Assembly: GCA_965237675.1 (NCBI GenBank)
Contig: OZ250150.1
Location: forward strand, 1,280,001-1,344,000
Reading direction: 5' to 3'
Length of the DNA: 64,000 bases
Origin: Candidatus Latescibacterota bacterium
Lineage (GTDB): Bacteria > Latescibacterota > UBA2968 > GCA-2709665
In this document: positions 9,886-18,664 of the stretch, piece by piece
Layout of the letters: each line of letters begins with the position of its first letter
How positions within the stretch are numbered: the stretch's first letter is position 1
Notes under the pieces: model-generated
Told to the model about the DNA's origin: nothing
Databases searched by the model: none
The model's input: only the letters and a program-made list of their open reading frames with translations
Position numbers and translations under genes: made by a program

Positions 9886-11670
9886 ATGAATTTCGGCGAC
9901 ATGATAGCCAGCGCCCGCAGGGGCAGGTTCAGCCAGCAGGGGCTGGGCGAAAAGATCGGTGTCTGGGGCACTTATATTGGTCAGATCGAGAAGGGAAAGC
10001 GAATCCCTTCGGATGAGCGTTGTCTGGACCTGGCCGCAGTCCTCGATCTGGAACCCAGGGCCGTTCTGATACAGGCCTACAGACAGCGCGCTCATACTAA
10101 AGAGGCCAGGCGGCTTTTCGATCAGATCGCGGGGTTGCTTGCCGATCCGGCCGGGCAGGGAGAACTCGCCCCGGAACGGATCGGACGCGCAGGCGAGCCG
10201 CCCTTCACCCGCGGCGCTTATCCCTCGATGTACCGCGGACGCCTTTGGACCTTCCGCCAGTATGCGGGATTCTCCACGCCATCGGAGACAAACGCCCGGT
10301 TTCGCGCGCTGCTTGCCGGGGGCCAGACCGGCCTGAGCGTGGCCTTTGACCTGCCCACACAGATGGGCTATGACTCGGACCATCCGAATGCAGAGGGAGA
10401 AGTAGGCAGGGTGGGGGTGGCCGTTGACGGTCTGTGGGATCTGGAAGCCCTGTTCGACGGGATCCCGCTGGACCGCATCAGCACGTCGATGACAATCAAT
10501 GCGACGGCGTGTATTCTTTTTGCATTTTACGCGGGCCTCGGAAAGAAGCGCGGGATGGCTTCGTCGGTGCTTACCGGTACGGTTCAGAACGACGTTCTCA
10601 AGGAATATGTTTCACGTGGAACCTATGTCTTCCCCATCGCCGATTCGATGCGCATGGCCGTGGACCTGATGGGCTATTGTCTCCAAGAGGCCCCAAAGTG
10701 GAATCCCATCAGCGTCAGCGGCTACCACATGAGGGAAGCGGGCGCAACCGCCGCCCAGGAGCTAGGTTTCACGCTCGCCCACGCCCTGGCGTATGCCGAT
10801 GCCGCCAGCGAAGCCGGCCTCGCGCTGGAGGGGGTGCTTCCGAAATTCTCCTTCTTCTTTGGGGTCCACAACCACTTCCTGGAGGAGATCGCCAAGTTCC
10901 GTGCGGCCAGGCGCCTTTGGAGCCGCCTCGTCGCGGAACGCCTGGGCGTCGGGGATCCTTACTGCCGGCGCCTGAGGTTTCACGCTCAGACGGCCGGCTC
11001 CACCCTCACTGCCCAGCAGCCGCTGAACAACTGCGCGCGGACCACGTTTCAGGCGCTGGCCGCCGTTCTGGGCGGCGCCCAGTCCCTGCACGTCAACGCC
11101 TATGACGAAGCGCTTGGCCTGCCGTCGGACAGGGGAGCGCAACTGGCCGTTCGCACCCAGCAGATTCTGGCCTATGAAAGCGGCATCCCCGACACCGTAG
11201 ATCCGATGGGCGGATCCTTCGCGGTCGAAAAATTGACCGATGAACTGGAGGAGGAAGCCATGGCCGTCCTGGAGTCCGTCGACCGCGAAGGCGGGGCAAC
11301 ACAGGCAGCCGCAAACGGCTTCACAGCCGCCTGTATCGCGAACTCCGCATACGAGGCGCAGAAGAAGATTGAATCCGGCGAGACCGTTGTGGTGGGGGTG
11401 AACCGGTATCAGGGTGCCCCGGACCCGCCGGTTCCGGCGTTCCAGCCCCCGCCGGATACGGAGCGTACACAGAAGGCGGGCCTGGCGCGGGTCCGGCGGC
11501 TGCGAGATCCAGACGCGATGAATTCTGCGCTTGACAACGTCGCTCGGCGGGCGCGAGGCGAGGGGTCGATCACGGAATCGGTCGTGGAGGCGGGGTTGGC
11601 CGGCGCAACGGTGGGCGAGATATCGGACAGCCTGCGTTCTGTTTTTGGATCCTACAGACCCGGAGGATAA
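9886..11670 (+). CDS. XRE-family HTH fused to methylmalonyl-CoA mutase catalytic (large) subunit; no B12-binding domain
   Basis: aa 1-65 match XRE (FGD.I..AR...SQQ.LGEKIG...YIGQIEKGKRIPS). From about aa 100: GEPPFTRG, RQYAGF, GLSVAFDLPTQMG.DSD, QNDVLKEY, SGYHMREAG, QSLH.N.YDEAL. GGAGG SD upstream. Confidence 0.92.
   Translation: MNFGDMIASARRGRFSQQGLGEKIGVWGTYIGQIEKGKRIPSDERCLDLAAVLDLEPRAVLIQAYRQRAHTKEARRLFDQIAGLLADPAGQGELAPERIGRAGEPPFTRGAYPSMYRGRLWTFRQYAGFSTPSETNARFRALLAGGQTGLSVAFDLPTQMGYDSDHPNAEGEVGRVGVAVDGLWDLEALFDGIPLDRISTSMTINATACILFAFYAGLGKKRGMASSVLTGTVQNDVLKEYVSRGTYVFPIADSMRMAVDLMGYCLQEAPKWNPISVSGYHMREAGATAAQELGFTLAHALAYADAASEAGLALEGVLPKFSFFFGVHNHFLEEIAKFRAARRLWSRLVAERLGVGDPYCRRLRFHAQTAGSTLTAQQPLNNCARTTFQALAAVLGGAQSLHVNAYDEALGLPSDRGAQLAVRTQQILAYESGIPDTVDPMGGSFAVEKLTDELEEEAMAVLESVDREGGATQAAANGFTAACIANSAYEAQKKIESGETVVVGVNRYQGAPDPPVPAFQPPPDTERTQKAGLARVRRLRDPDAMNSALDNVARRARGEGSITESVVEAGLAGATVGEISDSLRSVFGSYRPGG
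10608..10623. promoter_or_regulatory. parS: parS site inside the mutase CDS
   Basis: TGTTTCACGTGGAACC, 15/16 identical to the site at 12773. Confidence 0.7.
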
Positions 11671-11672
11671 CC

Positions 11673-12071
11673 GTGGACGGATGCGTGGATCACGTGGGCA
11701 TTGCGGTGGAGGGGATCGACCAGGCCATGGCTGCCTATTCCATGCTTGGGTTCCAAAAAATGGAAGACGAGGCGGTGGAGGCGGAAGGTATCCGGGCCGT
11801 TTTTCTCGGGGGCGGAGGCCGGACCCGGATCGAACTGCTCGAACCGTTGGACGACAGGAGTACCGTGGCGCGATTCCTTTCGAGACGGGGCCAGGGTCTC
11901 CACCACATCGCGATCATCGTAAAGGACATCGAAGCGGCCGTGTCAACCTGTAAAGACGAGGGGTTCGCGATCTCCGGGGATATCCGGATCGGAGCGCTCG
12001 GCAGACGGGTGGCGTTCGTGCATCCCAAAAGCGCATCGGGCGTCCTGATCGAACTCGTTCAGGCCGCGTGA
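11673..12071 (+). CDS. mce: Methylmalonyl-CoA epimerase (VOC family)
   Basis: DHVGIAV, IELLEP, GLHHIA, FVHPKS..GVLIELV; directly after the mutase. Confidence 0.92.
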   Translation: MDGCVDHVGIAVEGIDQAMAAYSMLGFQKMEDEAVEAEGIRAVFLGGGGRTRIELLEPLDDRSTVARFLSRRGQGLHHIAIIVKDIEAAVSTCKDEGFAISGDIRIGALGRRVAFVHPKSASGVLIELVQAA

Positions 12072-12716
12072 TCAGCAGTACCCAGCCGATACCCTGACAA
12101 GGATCGTATTCCTGCCGTGAGCCTCGGGCGCCATTGATTCTACGGACAAGACGGGGCCGTGGGGCCCGAATTCCCCTGCTTCCAGGAGGGCGCCGGGGCC
12201 CTTCATTGCGAACAACTCGCCATCTTTTTTGAGGAATCCCGACGACAGTCGCCAGAGCACCGGCAGGGACCCTACGGCGCGCGCAGTTACAATATCGTAC
12301 CGCTCCCGGTGTTCCTCACGCTTGCAGGCGTCCTCCGCCCGTTCGGTTGAAACCGATAGCCCGGTCAGTCCAAGTTCCCCCACCAGGTGGTTCAGGAAAA
12401 GTCCCTTCATTCGAGCCGACTCCACAAGCACAACATTCACTTCCGGGCGGGCTATCTTGACCGGCACCCCCGGAAAACCCCCACCCGATCCCAGGTCCAG
12501 CAACGAGATCGGCCCCGCGGGCAGAAAGGGCGTCACTCTCAAACAGTCGATAAAGTGGCGATCTCTAATCCTGTCCCGATCCCCCCTGGAAACCAGTCGC
12601 ACCCTTTCGGACCACGACCTGAGCAGCGCTTCATAGCGGAAGAACTGCGCGGCCTGTACTTCCGACAGGTCAACCGACAACGTCTTCGCGGCTGCAAGAA
12701 ATTCCTGATCGGTCAC
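12072..12716 (-). CDS. rsmG: 16S rRNA m7G527 methyltransferase
   Basis: RHFIDCL, LDLGSGGGFPG, VTARAV, MKG. Confidence 0.95.
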   Translation of the reverse strand: MTDQEFLAAAKTLSVDLSEVQAAQFFRYEALLRSWSERVRLVSRGDRDRIRDRHFIDCLRVTPFLPAGPISLLDLGSGGGFPGVPVKIARPEVNVVLVESARMKGLFLNHLVGELGLTGLSVSTERAEDACKREEHRERYDIVTARAVGSLPVLWRLSSGFLKKDGELFAMKGPGALLEAGEFGPHGPVLSVESMAPEAHGRNTILVRVSAGYC

Positions 12717-12772
12717 CGATCCTCCACAGGCGCCCGGAAAACCGACGCTTCGATTCCACGGACAGCATCCGA

Positions 12773-12788
12773 TGTTTCACGTGGAACA
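12773..12788. promoter_or_regulatory. parS: parS centromere-like site
   Basis: TGTTTCACGTGGAACA, the canonical ParB-binding palindrome, origin-proximal. Confidence 0.9.
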
Positions 12789-13255
12789 TGAGCCGTCAGC
12801 GGTCAGTTTGAAGCAAAAGGCGAAAGGCAAATTCAACATCCACTTCTCCCCAAATTTCCTGCCTCCGGCGGGTTCCTTAAAAACCGGGAGAAGTAAGACG
12901 GGAGAAGTGAGACGACCGCTCCGCAAACCACCGCTTTCGTGCCATCCTTCGCGATACACTTCTGCTTTCCAGTTAGCGAGACTCCGGCTACGTAGGTGTC
13001 ATATGACAAAGTTACCAACCCGTCTCCCTTCTTGCCTCTTTCTTCTTTCCGCTTTTAAAGGTCCCCGCTAGGCGCGGAGCCTCCCATATGCACAGCGCGA
13101 ATTTGCTCACGGGATGCACCGGATCTGCTGCCCTACCAGCCACAGTGGATATCCGTGTTCGGTGCGGGACGGAACCCGGCGCTCTGCTCTGGAAATACTC
13201 TCAAATGGCATCGCGTCAGATACCGGCGTGGTTGCCCTGTGAGCGAGGAGCCAAT

Positions 13256-13357
13256 AGCAGTCAGCAGTCAGCTTAAACCGGTTTGCGATACGGCCCAGCG
13301 TTACCATTTACCGTTGTCAACGCAAATATGTGGGCAACTTTGAAAGTTGCCCCTACA
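13256..13357 (+). repeat. Composite REP-bearing repeat, copy B
   Basis: AGCAGTCAGCAGTCAGCTTAAACCGGTTTGCGATACGG...GGGCAACTTTGAAAGTTGCCCCTACA. Confidence 0.8.
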
Positions 13358-13579
13358 AATGCAAAAACGGCGCAAAGCATATAGCGATAGGCGGTTCAAC
13401 CGCAAATCCTCACGGCGGCCCTTCGGGGTCTTCCTCTCGACCGTCCGGCGGTGGCGAAGGGTCTTTTCCGCGCTATTCCGTCCTCCGCCTTCGCATGGGG
13501 AGTGCCGAAAACTTGGCAGGGCACAATCCCTGGTTTCCGTTGTAAGAGTAGTTCGCGGAAAAGCAGCCCCGCGGCGTTT

Positions 13580-13640
13580 GAGCGGCGCCGTTCTTTTTGG
13601 TCCTTTTTCTTTGGCGAGAAAGAAAAAGGACAAAGAAAAA
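13580..13640. repeat. ~60-bp T/A-rich hairpin repeat, copy 1
   Basis: GAGCGGCGC.GTTCTTTTTGGTCCTTTTTCTT-loop-AAGAAAAAGGAC.AAGAAAAA, repeated at 14092. Confidence 0.85.
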
Positions 13641-13707
13641 AGAATAACAGGATAAAGACAGAAAGAAATGACCTCGCGCGCCCGTACCACAACCCATCCT
13701 TCGGGTA

Positions 13708-13818
13708 CAGCTGTTAGCGGTCAGCCGTCAGCTTACACCGGATAACGATGCGGACTGGCGATATTAATTCACGGATATCTGCGCCCGTATGCGGGCAACC
13801 ACAAGGGTTGCCCCTACA
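13708..13818 (+). repeat. Composite REP-bearing repeat, copy C
   Basis: CAGCTGTTAGCGGTCAGCCGTCAGCTTACACCGG...GGGCAACCACAAGGGTTGCCCCTACA. Confidence 0.85.
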
Positions 13819-14091
13819 AATGCAGCGACCGCGCGGCGTAAAGCAGCGGTCAGCAGCCAGCGAGAAACCAACAACATAAAACCGGCGAGAATCCTTTGCG
13901 ATATTGCTAAACGATTGGGCGAACGGGACGTCCGCGTTTCAAATTGTCGCAAAATGCAACACCGGTCGCGCGGAGGGTTTTTCCGTGTTGATCCGTACAG
14001 CACCGCGGCTTGGTGTATCCTTCTCCGCACGTAGGACAAAGGCGCTTGTAGTCATCCGTCCTGCGATTCGCCGAAAAACCGGCCTCGCGCC

Positions 14092-14152
14092 GAGCGGCGC
14101 GGTTCTTTTTGGTCCTTTTTCTTGCGCGAACAAGAAAAAGGACGAAGAAAAA
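14092..14152. repeat. ~60-bp T/A-rich hairpin repeat, copy 2
   Basis: Near-identical to 13580-13640, differing mainly in the loop. Confidence 0.85.
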
Positions 14153-14396
14153 TTAAAAGGCGAAGGGAGCGGAAATGCCTATATATGCCCGGAACGCGGT
14201 TCCAGGCACCGATTGTCCGCCAACAGGCGGACTGTTTAGACCTATTGAATAAACCACCAGCGGACCACCCCAAAGAGTGTTACCTATGTACGCGGTCTGT
14301 ACAGGCGTACAGGAAAATGAGCGAAAAAATCATATATAAACCGATTTAACGTGCCCGTGCGTCCTTCTTCCTTCTCCCCTCTACCGCCTCCCGCCT

Positions 14397-15752
14397 CTAT
14401 TTTCCGATACAGAAGGTACTGAAAATCCGGTCCAGGATCTCCTCCGACGTGGTCTCGCCTACGATCTCAGCCAGCGCGTCGGTCGCCTCCCGCAAATCCA
14501 CCGCCACCACTTCCCCGGGAAGTCCTTCGTCCAGCGCCGCAGTCGCCCGGCCAAGCGCGTCTCCCGCCCGCCTCAACGCCTCCACGTGACGCCCGCGCGT
14601 CACCACGCCGGGTTCGGGATCGGAGATCGACATGACCCGCCCGTGTATCCGTTTCCTGAGACGGTCGAGGCCATCCCCCGTGAGGGCGGAGATGGAGAGC
14701 CCTGGAAACCCCTGATCGCCGCGCCAATCGGAATGAAGGCCAAGATCCTTCTTATTCATCACCAGAAGCACGTTTTCACGATCCACACCCTCGACCATGT
14801 CATCCAACCCCGCGGTAGCCGAGACGGACGCATCGACGACAAAAAGCACAAGCATGGACCGTGTCATCGCTTCCCGTGACCTTCTGGCGCTCTCGCGCTC
14901 AATGGGGTCGCGCGGCTCCGAAATACCGGCCGTATCGATCAGTGTGACGCGAATACCGTCCAGGGTAATGGACTCTTCAATCGTATCCCGCGTGGTTCCG
15001 GACACCGGCGACACAATCGCCCGATCCTCTTCCAGCAGCCGGTTGAGCAGGCTGGATTTACCCGCGTTCGGGGGGCCCGCCAGCGCAACGAGGGCGCCCT
15101 CGCGTATGACTTTACCATGCCGATAGGAGGCAATCAGGCGCTCGATTTCTTCCGCCGCCCGGCTGAGCGACGGACGTATCGCGTCCTCGTCGACGCCCGC
15201 ATCTTCGTAAAAATCCAATCCTGCCTCAAGCAACGTCAGCGAATCACGCAGGGCTTCCGCCAGAACCTCGAACCTGGCCTTCAATCCACCGCGCAACTGG
15301 AAATACGCGGACCGCAGGCCCCGGTCCGCGCGGGCGGCGATCAAATCCCCAATCGCCTCGGCTTGGGTCAGATCGATTCGTCCGTTGAGAAATGCCCGCC
15401 GGGTAAACTCACCGGGCTCGGCCGGTCGGGCGCCCGCCGTCACCAGGGCCTCCATCGCCCGTTGTAGAAGGAGAGGGCCTCCGTGGCAGTTGAATTCGAC
15501 CGTATCTTCGCCCGTAAACGACCGGGACGCCCGCATCACGGAAACCAGAACCTCGTCCAGGTCCCGGTCTCCGACAACAAATCTCCCGTACGTCAGGCGA
15601 CGGTCCTCAAGGCGGTTCAATTCGCGTGAACCACAAAAAAAACCGGAGGCAATTCCAACCGCCACCGGACCCGTTAGCCGCACGATGCCTATCGCTGCGT
15701 CGCCGGTTCCGGTGGCGATTGCGACAATGGTATCGCGATCCGAAGGTCGCAT
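14397..15752 (-). CDS. mnmE: tRNA modification GTPase
   Basis: DTIVAIAT, SFTGED.VE..CHGG, GEFTRRAFLNG, G.PNAGKSSL, GTTRD, DTAG, C-terminal FCIGK. Confidence 0.98.
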   Translation of the reverse strand: MRPSDRDTIVAIATGTGDAAIGIVRLTGPVAVGIASGFFCGSRELNRLEDRRLTYGRFVVGDRDLDEVLVSVMRASRSFTGEDTVEFNCHGGPLLLQRAMEALVTAGARPAEPGEFTRRAFLNGRIDLTQAEAIGDLIAARADRGLRSAYFQLRGGLKARFEVLAEALRDSLTLLEAGLDFYEDAGVDEDAIRPSLSRAAEEIERLIASYRHGKVIREGALVALAGPPNAGKSSLLNRLLEEDRAIVSPVSGTTRDTIEESITLDGIRVTLIDTAGISEPRDPIERESARRSREAMTRSMLVLFVVDASVSATAGLDDMVEGVDRENVLLVMNKKDLGLHSDWRGDQGFPGLSISALTGDGLDRLRKRIHGRVMSISDPEPGVVTRGRHVEALRRAGDALGRATAALDEGLPGEVVAVDLREATDALAEIVGETTSEEILDRIFSTFCIGK

Positions 15753-15764
15753 TGTGACAAACCC

Positions 15765-17447
15765 TCAGTGGCTGCCGAGCACGCGTTTCACTCGTTCCAT
15801 AACTTGCTGCTGCAAAATGGTGAGTACGTTGAACATGGTCCAGTAGAGCACCAGACCGGAGGACATGCTCCAGAAAATCCAGGTCATGAAAACCGGCATC
15901 ATGTAGACCATGACCGCCTGCTTGGGATCCTTCATGGTCATTTTTGATTGCACAAATGTAGACACGGCCATCAACAGAGGCAGAAGGTGGATTTCAATAC
16001 CACCAAAGAACAACCGGTCCGGCTGTGACAAGTCCGTTATCCAGAGCAGAAACTCGGACTGTCGCAGTTCGATCGCGCCCCGGAACACATTGAACAAGGA
16101 AAAGAGGATGGGCATCTGGATGACCATCGGCAGGCAGCCCCCGAGAGGACTCACGCCCTCCTCCTTGTAAAGCTTCATCATCTCCGTGCTGACCTTCTGT
16201 TTATCGTCCGGGTATTTTTCTTTCATCGCCGCAATCTTGGGCTGGAGTTGCTGCATCTTGGCTGCCGCTTCGAGACTCTTGTGCGTTAGCGGAAACACCA
16301 CGATTTTGATAAACACGGAAAAGACGATAATGACCAGACCAAAGTTCGGGATCAGTTGGTGCAGCGAAAGAAAGGCTCTGAGATTCAGAATAGTGATGGG
16401 TTTAATGATGGGTCGGAAGAGGGCGAAGCCATACTCCATGAACTCGTCCATCTCCAGTTCACGATAATTGCCCGCCAGGTCCTGATTCTGCTGCCTGAGC
16501 CGATGGTAGGAGATCGGACCGAAGTAAATGCCGTACCGCTGTCCCGGATCGGCGCCTTTCGCCAGGATTTCGACATCGTACCATTCGGCGACATCGCGCA
16601 TAGCGCCGCTCAGATTCATGCTATAACTGCCATCCGGCGGGATGAGGGCAACCAGAAAGTACTTGTTCTTAATCCCGACCCATGAGATCCGGCCGCCGGG
16701 AGGGGGATCGCCGTCCGGTCCCAGATCCGCCACATTCCAGGTTTCGAGCTCGCCGCCCGCGCGTGTGACAACCGCCATATAGGCCGCGTTCTCTTCAGGG
16801 CTGTTCTCGGTGTCGGCCAGGCTGCAGGACCATCCGACGCCCAACTTCTCTTCAGGCTGCAGTCCGGACACGAACAGCGCCATGTCCAGCCGATACCGAT
16901 TGCCCTGAAAGCGAAGCCGCTTTTCAATCGCTCGCGCACCCAGTTGCGCCCTGAAGATCAATTCGGCCTGCTCGCCCCCGAACAGCGTGAGCACCGGAGT
17001 GTCCGTAGCGAATTCCTGGTCGTCCAGTGATTCACCGGCTAACGATAGACCCAGCGCGGTGCTCCCGGGCGCCATCAAATCGAGTTGGCCGCCATGCGGG
17101 TCTTCATAAGCCTTCAGCCGAAGACGGGTTAACACCCCGCCCCGGGTGCTGAACGTGGCAACAAAGAGGTCGGTTTCGACAATGATGTCCTGCGGTGTAA
17201 ATTCCCCTGGCGCAGACCGGCGAATCCGTGGATCGTTCGAAACGCGGGGCGACGTCTCCGGCTGGATACTGCGCTGACTGTTGGGTTGTTCCGGCGGCGG
17301 CGCCGGCCGTGTCCGGAGGGTTTCGTCCCGTACCGGATCCGATGGAAGGATCGGGGTTGTTTCCCCCGTTATCCATTCCATATAGTGGGGATAAAGGATG
17401 ATGATCAGGCCGATTACAATAAAGGCAAGGATTGTACGTTTATCCAT
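15765..17447 (-). CDS. yidC: Membrane protein insertase
   Basis: N-terminal TM, periplasmic domain, KMQQLQPKI, GGCLP..IQMPI, GLVLYW. Confidence 0.97.
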   Translation of the reverse strand: MDKRTILAFIVIGLIIILYPHYMEWITGETTPILPSDPVRDETLRTRPAPPPEQPNSQRSIQPETSPRVSNDPRIRRSAPGEFTPQDIIVETDLFVATFSTRGGVLTRLRLKAYEDPHGGQLDLMAPGSTALGLSLAGESLDDQEFATDTPVLTLFGGEQAELIFRAQLGARAIEKRLRFQGNRYRLDMALFVSGLQPEEKLGVGWSCSLADTENSPEENAAYMAVVTRAGGELETWNVADLGPDGDPPPGGRISWVGIKNKYFLVALIPPDGSYSMNLSGAMRDVAEWYDVEILAKGADPGQRYGIYFGPISYHRLRQQNQDLAGNYRELEMDEFMEYGFALFRPIIKPITILNLRAFLSLHQLIPNFGLVIIVFSVFIKIVVFPLTHKSLEAAAKMQQLQPKIAAMKEKYPDDKQKVSTEMMKLYKEEGVSPLGGCLPMVIQMPILFSLFNVFRGAIELRQSEFLLWITDLSQPDRLFFGGIEIHLLPLLMAVSTFVQSKMTMKDPKQAVMVYMMPVFMTWIFWSMSSGLVLYWTMFNVLTILQQQVMERVKRVLGSH

Positions 17448-17596
17448 TCGTCAGACCTGTATTGTGTATCTGCAATTTTAAGACAGGAACAGGACGGGTT
17501 CCGGGTCGTATGCAGAACAACGAATCCCGCGAACAAATAGGTGGGCGCGATGAGGAGGGCGACACACATCCGAAGACAAAGCGGAGGACGATTCAA
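17414..17596 (-). pseudogene. Possible degenerate yidD remnant
   Basis: Occupies the yidD position between rnpA and yidC and overlaps the rnpA stop. LLIAP...PSCS resembles YidD, but CRF and the C-terminal motifs are absent. Confidence 0.35.
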
Positions 17597-17952
17597 CGAG
17601 GAAGCAACCCCAACGGCATGACCGAGCCGCGGAGAAGACCCAGATTTCCAAACGCGAAAATCAGATCTGTACGGAGATCCCGGAACCCTGCGGAGGCCGA
17701 CCCGTCGCCGACGGAAACGATCACCATATGACCCATGACGCGGTGAGGGGCCACTTCTCTACAAATAGCACGAATTCGCCGGCGCGCGCGATTTCGCGCA
17801 ACAGCCTTACCGAACCGCTTCCGCACGGAAATAAAGATACGATCTTCTGCGGATTTACTCACACGTACGTGCAGCCAGCGGCCTCTGAACAGCGATCCTG
17901 TCAGGCGAAGATTCTGAATCTGCTTGCGCAGCCCGGCTGTCGGCCTGCCCAT
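17593..17952 (-). CDS. rnpA: RNase P protein component
   Basis: RNR motif ISVRKRFGKAVARNRARRRIR, plus synteny. Confidence 0.92.
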   Translation of the reverse strand: MGRPTAGLRKQIQNLRLTGSLFRGRWLHVRVSKSAEDRIFISVRKRFGKAVARNRARRRIRAICREVAPHRVMGHMVIVSVGDGSASAGFRDLRTDLIFAFGNLGLLRGSVMPLGLLPR

Positions 17953-17953
17953 T

Positions 17954-18088
17954 CTAGAGCGAGACCCGGCCGCGTCCTTTGCGACGGCGCCTTGAGAAGA
18001 TTTTCCGTCCTCCAGGAGTGCGCATGCGGTGGCGAAAGCCGTGTTTGTTTTTGCGTTTCCGGTTGCTGGGCTGGAAAGTCCGTTTCAT
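17954..18088 (-). CDS. rpmH: 50S ribosomal protein L34 (below the ORF-track cutoff)
   Basis: Manual translation [44 protein letters not shown]. Confidence 0.98.
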   Translation of the reverse strand: MKRTFQPSNRKRKNKHGFRHRMRTPGGRKIFSRRRRKGRGRVSL

Positions 18089-18154
18089 TCCAATGTCCGT
18101 GCGTTACGCAAAGAACAGCTGCTGTTGTATCTAAATGAATTGTAGGAAGTTAGG

Positions 18155-18183
18155 AATATAGAGGGGGAAGTAATCTTTGTCAA
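18155..18183 (-). promoter_or_regulatory. sigma70 promoter of the rpmH operon
   Basis: TTGACA-N17-TATATT on the minus strand. Confidence 0.75.
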
Positions 18184-18219
18184 GGGATTTCGTCGGTATC
18201 TATACTATCCGGAAATATA

Positions 18220-18265
18220 CCACTATATATTGTGTTTTATTTATAGTATATACATTATATAGAAC
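18220..18265. promoter_or_regulatory. Tandem NrdR-box-like sites in the rpmH-dnaA divergent region
   Basis: CCACTATATATTGTGT (18220-18235) matches acaCwAtATaTwGtgt at 15/16. A weaker ATACATTATATAGAAC starts 30 bp downstream. Confidence 0.65.
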
Positions 18266-18664
18266 CCGAACGCTGTCGGTTGATGGGTAGAAAAGAAGCC
18301 GATTTTTCTTCCTAAAAGCGCTTGACTTTTGGAAATCTATTCTTTAGTTTGACTCCATCCAACAGCCGAGGTGGTTCCTTCGGCAACTCCCCCGTTATAT
18401 GTTCATCATTACTTGAATCTCTATAATTTTATCTAACCGGCTCGGCCACCGGCAGGCCTTTGTATTGTCCGTTTGTAAGGAATTCAACCCTTCCTCTCCC
18501 GCGAATTCCATCCCCCAGAATATCTTCTGTAATACACCCTTCAATAGATGATCTTCTGGCTTCTGGCAGGGTCTGCGTAATTCCCGGCCAACTCTCTCTT
18601 GTATTGAAAATCGGCTTTAGCGACGGTGGATCACCCTCGCTACGGTATGGGCGGTTTAGTCTCC

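Noticed and set aside
8602-10383. 593-aa minus-strand ORF and other long antisense ORFs (e.g. 30665-32317, 4795-5922, 51291-52418)
   Set aside because: Shadow frames of well-supported genes in GC-rich DNA, with no motifs of their own.
12790-14390. CRISPR array or coding genes in the rsmG-mnmE gap
   Set aside because: Repeats are few, hundreds of bp apart, and no cas genes are present. The short ORFs are translations of repeats with no recognisable motifs.
18357-18664. Structured ncRNA in the long dnaA leader
   Set aside because: Only one small hairpin is evident and it does not match any RNA family I recognise.
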